Part shown: positions 55,159 to 64,000 of the stretch, piece after piece | Layout: each line of letters opens with the position of its first letter | Position numbering within the stretch: position 1 is the first letter of the stretch | Assembly: GCA_964016885.1 (NCBI GenBank) | Contig: OZ024743.1 | Coordinates: forward strand, 52,700,001 to 52,764,000 | From: Eledone cirrhosa | Taxonomy: Eukaryota | DNA length: 64,000 nt | Direction of reading: 5' to 3' | Notes under the pieces: model-generated | The model's input: the letters and a program-made list of their open reading frames with translations, nothing else | Databases searched by the model: none | What the model was told of the DNA's origin: nothing | Made by a program: the position numbers and the translations under genes

Positions 55159-55353
55159 CGCGGTGGATTGGCAGTATCAGTAGAGGGTCAGACGACACGC
55201 TTTGCAGCATAGAGTTACGGCCCTTTAAAGTCTGAGTTCAAATCCTGCCGAGGCTAACTTTGCCTTTCATCCTTACGGGGTCGGGTCGATAAAATAAAGT
55301 ACCAGTAATACACTGGGATAATTGCTGACCTTGTTCCAAAAGTAGAAACAATT
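55159..55353 (+). mobile_element. SINE family A copy
   Basis: TGGCAGTATCAG..CTGAGTTCAAATCCTGCCGAGG..AAAAGTAGAAACAATT. Confidence 0.8.
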
Positions 55354-55663
55354 ATCTTATCAACTTCCAATATCCCTAATTACTTATAACCTTCATAACC
55401 TTTCCCGATGGAAGGACAAACCCCTAAATGCTTTTAATGTTACCTCTGTTCAAAATTAACACATCACACGTTTTTAATCCGAACTCCATTCTGATGTCAA
55501 CACTAAATGAAACAGTTCTGGTTCTGTAGGAGCCATTTTAACAAGACTCAATTTTTAGCTTTTATAATAAAGAATATTAAAACTCTGCTTCGGTATTGAG
55601 TACTCCATTCTCTCAGCCGTCAACCACAATCACACACACACACACACACGCATATATATATAT

Positions 55664-55815
55664 AATTGTTTCTACTTTTGGCACAAGGCCAGCAATTATC
55701 CCAGTGCATTACTGGTATTTTATTTTATCGACCCCGTAAGGATGAAAGGCAAAGTTAACCTCGGTGGGATTTGAACTCAGATCGTAAAGGGACGTAACTC
55801 TATGCTTCAAAGCAT
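55664..55815 (-). mobile_element. SINE family A copy
   Basis: Reverse complement of the family A body. Confidence 0.8.
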
Positions 55816-55867
55816 GACACATATATATAATGTGTATGTGTCTGTATGTCAATCTCTCTCTCTAACC

Positions 55868-55943
<76 letters not shown>

Positions 55944-56146
55944 CACACACATACGTACTCCTATATGACGTGATCAATAGTTATTACGATATGCTGTCTA
56001 TATATAACCATGGAGTGCACATGTGAAGTTGTATGTCATTAATATCGATATTACTTGATGAAACGGCACATTGCATCTATTTATGCACATACAATATATA
56101 TATATATATATGTATTTATATATATGTATATATATATATGTATATA

Positions 56147-56234
<88 letters not shown>

Positions 56235-56412
56235 TATATACACACTTATGTCTTCACTAAAATAATGAGAAATAAGCAATAGAGCTAAATATAGCAATGT
56301 GTGTCTATATGTGTTTGTGCGTTTGTGTATGTGTATATGTGTCTATATGCAGGTGCTTGTATATGTAAATACTATATACATACATACATACATACATACA
56401 TACATACATACA

Positions 56413-56746
<334 letters not shown>

Positions 56747-56948
56747 CACACACACACACACACATATATATATAACTATATATATATATATATATATGTA
56801 CACGTCATGACGGTGTTACCCCTTGGATGGATAGATACGTTAAAGTATAGATATAGACACAACACATGCATTCACTGAGAGTAATAAACAAAGAAAAACC
56901 AAGACAAATATAGAAAAAGAAAACAACGAAAAATAAATAAACAGAAAG

Positions 56949-56991
<43 letters not shown>

Positions 56992-57542
56992 CGGAGGGAT
57001 GAGACAAAGAGTGAGAGAGAGAGTGAGTGAGAGAGAGGGAGAGAGAGAGAGTGAGAGGGATAAGAGATAGATATATATATATAGATATATAAGATAGATA
57101 GATAGATAGATGATAGAGAGCCAGTAGATGAAATACCAACGCCAATAGAGTGTCGAGTAGAGTTCTCACAGAATCGTATTACCGAGAGCGTGAATCAGCT
57201 GAGATGTGAAGTAGGATAAATAAATAAGATATATAGATATATAGTAGGAAAATACTAGAGAAACCACTGTTCACCCGGGGATATATTCCGGCAACGTTTA
57301 ATTATAGTAACAAGGCTATTGGGAAAACTGAGATGGACGTTCGGCCTTCAAACATCGTCACTGTAAAACACTCGAGCGGCCATTTTGGAAAGATTTTCCT
57401 CGGTACTCACCTCATCTTGATAATAAACACTACTTTCTCAAGTCGTTTTTGTATTATATCTACTCTTTTCTTTTGTGTGTTATTGTTTCTTTTATGTTTG
57501 ATTGTTTAGTTGGATAGCTGATTAAATGGTTGGTTGTATTTC

Positions 57543-57639
<97 letters not shown>

Positions 57640-57910
57640 ATCTATCTATTAATCTATCTTTCCTTTATATGTAATATATGTACGAGTTGCATCAGAAAGA
57701 TAACAGGACTTAGTGTGCTGTGTGAGCTATGATATGGCTAGGGTTTAGCGCCTTACGTCACCGTGTGACGTAATATCCAGGAAGTGTATCCCTGCAGCCA
57801 TTGTATGTTTCTTTCACCTGCTTTTGTTAACTGCTCAAGTTTTTCCAGGAAAAACTTGAACCGTTAAGATCTTCTTCCTGGATATGTCAATATTTATAAA
57901 ACAAACTTTG

Positions 57911-57971
57911 TATTTTATCTGATGAGAGCGTACCAAATTTTTGGTACCCTTGAAATATATATAATAGAATA
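57911..57971 (+). ncRNA. Type I hammerhead ribozyme, family C
   Basis: TATTTTAT CTGATGA GAG C GTACCAA/TTGGTAC C CTT GAAA TATATA TA ATAGAATA. Confidence 0.78.
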
Positions 57972-58067
57972 AATATGGTTCTAGTCCTGTAGAATTTCTA
58001 GTCCTGTAGAAGCCATTTCTATATTAAGTACCTTCCTTACTGTGGTTACACCCGATTGAACGCGTGA

Positions 58068-58159
<92 letters not shown>

Positions 58160-58163
58160 CACA

Positions 58164-58199
<36 letters not shown>

Positions 58200-58911
58200 C
58201 ATACACATGTATATATATTTATACATACATATATAATTAGACGTACACGAACATATGCACCTATATAAACATACAAACGCATATATTAATATATATCCAT
58301 AAACTCCCACAATTCTCTGTGTGTGCGTGCGTGTGTATCTACATACGAACGCACACACACAAGTGTATGTATAGATATTCATACAAAGAACGTAACTCAA
58401 TCCATAGCTTCATCTCTGTATAAACTCGTAAATCTTATATTCTAGATACACCCCGCCTTAACACTTTCTCCTCTACTTACACGCCAGATCCTATTTTACA
58501 ATATCATTGCTTACAAACCTATCTAAAATCATAGCATAAAAATTTATAAGCTCTCTCTACTCATTCCAATCTCACTGCTTTTAAAAGACCAAGTTATAAA
58601 TTGCTTTACTCTATTTCCCCAAACATTAAACCCTTAAGTGACAGCGATCAGGCATCTTAGTTTAACTATTAAGTGTTATATTACTTAAGTCTCAGCTACA
58701 AACGTATTGCAACAGAAGGTAAAGTGCAGTAAACTGATGGATTCATAAGCATATATAAATGGCTGACAACGTGAACGTTAAGCTCTTCTCTGAGGCAGCA
58801 GACGATAAATTGTTTGCTGGTTTTAAAGCGAAACCAGCGTTTCGTGAATTGGTAAAAAGATAAACGGGAAACAGCAAGCGAAAGGAAACAAATCAAAAGC
58901 GAAACCTACTG

Positions 58912-58943
<32 letters not shown>

Positions 58944-59140
58944 TGTATGTATGTATGTATGTATGTATGTATGTATGTATGTATGCACACATGCATCAAT
59001 GTATGTATGTACATATGTATGAAAACACACACATACGCGCGCGCGCGCATACACCAACACATACTCACACACACACACACACATACAGATGTGTGTGTAA
59101 AATGAAAAAATTGGAACTGAAATATGAAACGAAATATATA

Positions 59141-60597
59141 ATTGTGGTGGTGGTGGTGGTTGTGGTTGTGCGGTGGTGGTGGTAGTGGTGGTGGTGGTTG
59201 TGGTTGTGTGGTAGTCGTAGTTGTGTGGTGTTGGTGGTGTTGGTGGTGGTTGTGGTTGTGGTTGTGTGGTAGTGGTGGTGGTTGTGGTGGTGGTGGTTGT
59301 GGTTGTGTGGTAGTGGTGGTTGTGGTTGTGGTGGTGCTGCTGGTGGTGGTTGTGCGGTGGTGTGGTGGTGGTTGTATGGTTGTGGTGCTGGTGGTTGTGT
59401 GGTTGTGTGGTGGTGGTTGTGTGGTGGTGGTTGTGTGGTGGTGGTGGTTGTGTGGTGGTGTGGTGGTGGTGGTGGTTGTGTGGTGGTGTGGTGGTGGTGG
59501 TGGTTGTAGTTGTGTGGTGGTGGTGGTGGTTGTGTGGTTGTGTGGTGGTAGGGGTAGTGGTGGTGGTGGTGGTGGTTGTGTGGTGGTGATGGTTGTGGTG
59601 GTGGTTGTGGTGGTGGTGGTTGTGTGGTGGTGTGGTGGTGGTTGCGTGGTGGTGGCGGTGGTGGTGGTTGTGTGGTAGTGGTGGTTGTGGTGGTGGTGGT
59701 GGTTGTGGTTGCGAGGTGGTGGTGGTAGTGGTGGTGGAGGTGGTGGTTGTGGTGGTTGTGTGATGGTGTGGTGGTGGTTGCGTGGTGGTGGCGGTGGTGG
59801 TGGTTGTGTGGTAGTGGTGGTTGTGGTGGTGGTGGTGGTTGTGGTTGCGAGGTGGTGGTGGTAGTGGTGGTGGAGGTGGTGGTTGTGGTGGTTGTGTGGT
59901 GGTGTGGTGGTGGTTGTGGTTGTGTAGTGGTGGTGGTGGTTGTGTGGTGGTTGTGGTGGTGGTGGTGATTGTGTGGTGGTGTGGTGGTTGTGGTTGTGTG
60001 GTGGTGGTGGTTGTGTGGTGGTGGTGGTGGTGGTGGTGGTTGTGTGGTGGTGTGGTGGTGGTTGTGTGGTAGTGGTGGTTGTGTGGTGGTGGTTGTGTGG
60101 TAGTGGTGGTTGTGGTGGTGGTGGTTGTGTGGTGGTGGTGGTTGTATGGTGGCGGTTGTGTGGTGGTAGTAGTGGTTGTATGTTGGTGTTGGTGGTTGTG
60201 GTGGTGTGGTGGTAGTGGTGGGGTGGTGGTGTTGGTGGTTGTGGTGGTGTGGTAGTAGTGGTGGTGTGGTAGTGATGGTGGTTGTGTGGTGGTGTTGGTG
60301 GTTGTGGTGGTGTGGTGGTGGTTGTATGGTGGTGGATGTGTGGTAGTGGTGGTGGTTGTGTGGTGGTGTTGGTGGTTGTGGTGGTGTGGTGGTAGTGGTG
60401 GGGTGGTGGTGTTGGTGGTTGTGGTGGTGTGGTAGTAGTGGTGGTGTGGTAGTGATGGTGGTTGTGTGGTGGTGTTGGTGGTTGTGGTGGTGTGGTGGTG
60501 GTTGTATGGTGGTGGATGTGTGGTAGTGGTGGTGGTTGTGTGGTGGTGTTGGTGGTTGTGGTGGTGGTGTGGCGGTAACAATGGTGTTGTGTGGTGG
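59141..60597. repeat. (GGT)n/(GGTTGT) compound array with a terminal 180-bp duplication
   Basis: 60191-60370 is repeated at 60371-60550. Confidence 0.9.
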
Positions 60598-60676
60598 AGG
60601 AGGGATATGTCTGAAAACAGCGACATGGTTTTTGATCGTGTATCAAACTGAAGATGTCTTTACAGTAACTTAAGAG

Positions 60677-60730
<54 letters not shown>

Positions 60731-60764
60731 GCACGCACACACGCACACACACACACACACTCTT

Positions 60765-60801
<37 letters not shown>

Positions 60802-60809
60802 GACACACA

Positions 60810-60947
<138 letters not shown>

Positions 60948-61101
60948 CTTTCTTTCTTTCAGAACTGATCTCAAACTTGTAATTAATCCTCTTCCTTCCT
61001 TCCTTCCTTCCTTCCCACCCTCCTGTCGATCCATAATACCGAAAGATTATCTTAGGAAATTTTAAGCTTCTCTTTCTTTGTTTTTTGTTGTATTTACTCT
61101 A

Positions 61102-61252
61102 GGTGGAGGTATGGCTCAGTGGTTAAGGAGTTTGCTGGCAACCACACGATTTCGGGTTCAGTCCCCTCTGTGTGTTGGGCAGGCGTCTCTTCTACTATAG
61201 CTTCCAGTTGTCTTGCTAGTGAAACTTAGTAGACGGAACCCGGATACCGTCC
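61102..61252 (+). mobile_element. tRNA-derived SINE (octopod-type family C)
   Basis: A-box TGGCTCAGTGG, B-box-like GGGTTCAGTCCC, core TTGGGCAGGCGTCTCTTCTACTATAGC. Confidence 0.65.
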
Positions 61253-61744
61253 TCTGTGTGTGAGAGTGTGAGAGTGTTTGAGAGTATGAGAGTGTGTGCG
61301 AAAGTGTGTGTGTGTGCGTGTGTGAGTGTGTGTGAAAGTGTGAGTGTGTGTGAGTGTATGAGAGTGTGTGTGAGTGTGTGTGAGTGTGTGTGAGAGTGTG
61401 TGAGAGTGTGTGAGTGTGTGTTGGTGGTGGTGGTTGTGTGGCGGTGGTGGTAGTTGTGCGGCAGTGATGGTGGCTGTGTGCCGGTGCTGCACAATCGTAG
61501 GTTGATGATGGCGTTGGCTTTTGTGTGTGTTTGGTATATGCCGAGCTCATATGACCTGTTGCGCCGGGTTGCCGAGCTTACGTGACCTGTTGGCCCGGGG
61601 GCTGTCGAGCTCATGTGACCTGTTGGGCCGGGGCTGTCGAGCTCATGTGACCTGTTGGGCCGATGAAAATATTACACAAATACAAGGAAAAAATAAAGTA
61701 AAATAAAATAAAAGTATAGATAAGTGGTCGGACAAAATGATAGG

Positions 61745-62426
61745 AAGACGTCACACATAAAGATAGACTTATACATAAATACTAAACCGTCACACATAAA
61801 GATAGACTTATACATAAACACTAAGCCGTCACACATAAAGATAGACTTATACACAAATACTAAGACGTCACACATAAAGATAGACTTATACATAAATACT
61901 AAGACGTCACACATAAAGATAGACTTATACATAAATACTAAGACGTCACACATAAAAATAGACTTATACATAAATACTAAGACGTCACACATAAAGATAG
62001 ACTTATACATAAATACTAAGACGTCACACATAAAGATAGACTTATACATAAACACTAAGCCGTCACACACAAAGATAGACTTATACATAAACACTAAACC
62101 GTCACACATAAAGATAGACTTATACATAAATACTAAGACGTCACACATAAAGATAGACTTATACATAAACACTAAGACGTCACACATAAAGATAGACTTA
62201 TACATAAACACTAAGGCGTCACACATAAAGATAGACTTATACATAAACACTAAGACGTCACACATAAAGATAGACTTATACATAAATACTAAGATGTCAC
62301 ACATAAAGATAGACTTATACATACATACTAAGACGTCACACACAAAGATAGACTTATACATAAACACTAAGCCGTCACACATAAAGATAGACTTATACAT
62401 AAACACTAAGCCGTCACACATAAAAA
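61745..62426. repeat. 39-bp minisatellite (~17 units)
   Basis: Unit ACTAAGACGTCACACATAAAGATAGACTTATACATAAAT. Confidence 0.95.
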
Positions 62427-62516
62427 TATCTTACCTTCTCCAATAAAATATATTATGCATTTTTGCGAAATCCAGAGACTTTTAATAATGACTTTAGGTC
62501 TTTCATAGTCACTCAG

Positions 62517-63168
<652 letters not shown>

Positions 63169-63287
63169 TTGCTCTGATTGTTGATTATTTAATTAATTCA
63201 TTCGTCATTGAGCCAGACCGTGAATGGTTGCCAAAAACATATATATATATCTATGGCTCTGTCTAGTTTATGTATATATAAACTTCT

Positions 63288-63379
<92 letters not shown>

Positions 63380-63477
63380 TTAGTTAAGCAAAACAAGACC
63401 ACAAATTTCACAAGGAAGACATTATTTAAAGATTGTCAACATAGTTGTAGTTTAATGTAAGGAATGTAAGGAATAAT

Positions 63478-63586
63478 AATTGTTTATACTTTAGGCACAA
63501 TGCCAGCAAGTACTCAGTGCATTACTGGTACTTTATTTTATCGACCCCGTAATGATGAAAAGCAAAGTCAACCTCGGCGGGATTTG
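63478..63586 (-). mobile_element. Truncated SINE family A copy
   Basis: ATCGACCCCGTAATGATGAAAAGCAAAGTCAACCTCGGCGGGATTTG. Confidence 0.7.
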
Positions 63587-63852
63587 TAAGGAATAATAAT
63601 AATACTAATAATGTCCGTTTACAATTGTTTCGCTACTCCATATAATGTTTCTGGATCAAATGATTATAGATCATTATTGATCTGGGCCAGATGAAGATAA
63701 TTAACTTAGGTAAAAATGGAGCAGCTCATCGGAACTTCAAAAGAGATAATGAAAATATTGATAAGGAATATAAATTGGCTTCTAACTAATTCACCAATCT
63801 CTTCTCCTCTCCTATCTCCATCTCTCTCTTTAAGATTGGTTTACTCTTGAAC

Positions 63853-63950
<98 letters not shown>

Positions 63951-64000
63951 ACCTTCACCAGGATTTGTTTTGTCAGATGTCTTTAACCAATTGATACCAG

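Overview
Eukaryotic, repeat-saturated window with no confidently identifiable host gene. The tRNA-derived SINE families resemble those I know from octopod cephalopods, so an Octopus-like genome is inferred but not proven. Most long ORFs in the track are translations of microsatellites and satellites. Real coding remnants all come from transposons: three Tx1/L1-clade LINE copies with (ATCT)n tails, RTE-clade LINE pieces (one with C-terminal C2H2 fingers), CRE-like and R4/Dong-like restriction-like-endonuclease retroelement remnants, and a decayed DNA transposase. There are also hAT- and piggyBac-type MITEs, SINEs, and 45-, 44-, 39- and ~31-bp tandem arrays. The notable signal is a set of unrelated, non-coding elements that sit in (TA)n tracts as tandem and/or head-to-head inverted copies. 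Three families carry complete type I hammerhead ribozyme folds: a 310-bp tandem unit, a 483-bp tandem unit, and a dispersed family with compensatory base changes. Two more carry half-hammerheads, and one carries a tRNA-like cloverleaf instead. This matches Penelope-like pLTR or retrozyme-type RNAs mobilised into TA microsatellites. A candidate HDV-like ribozyme lies at the 5' end of an internally deleted RTE element. All RNA structures were folded by eye.
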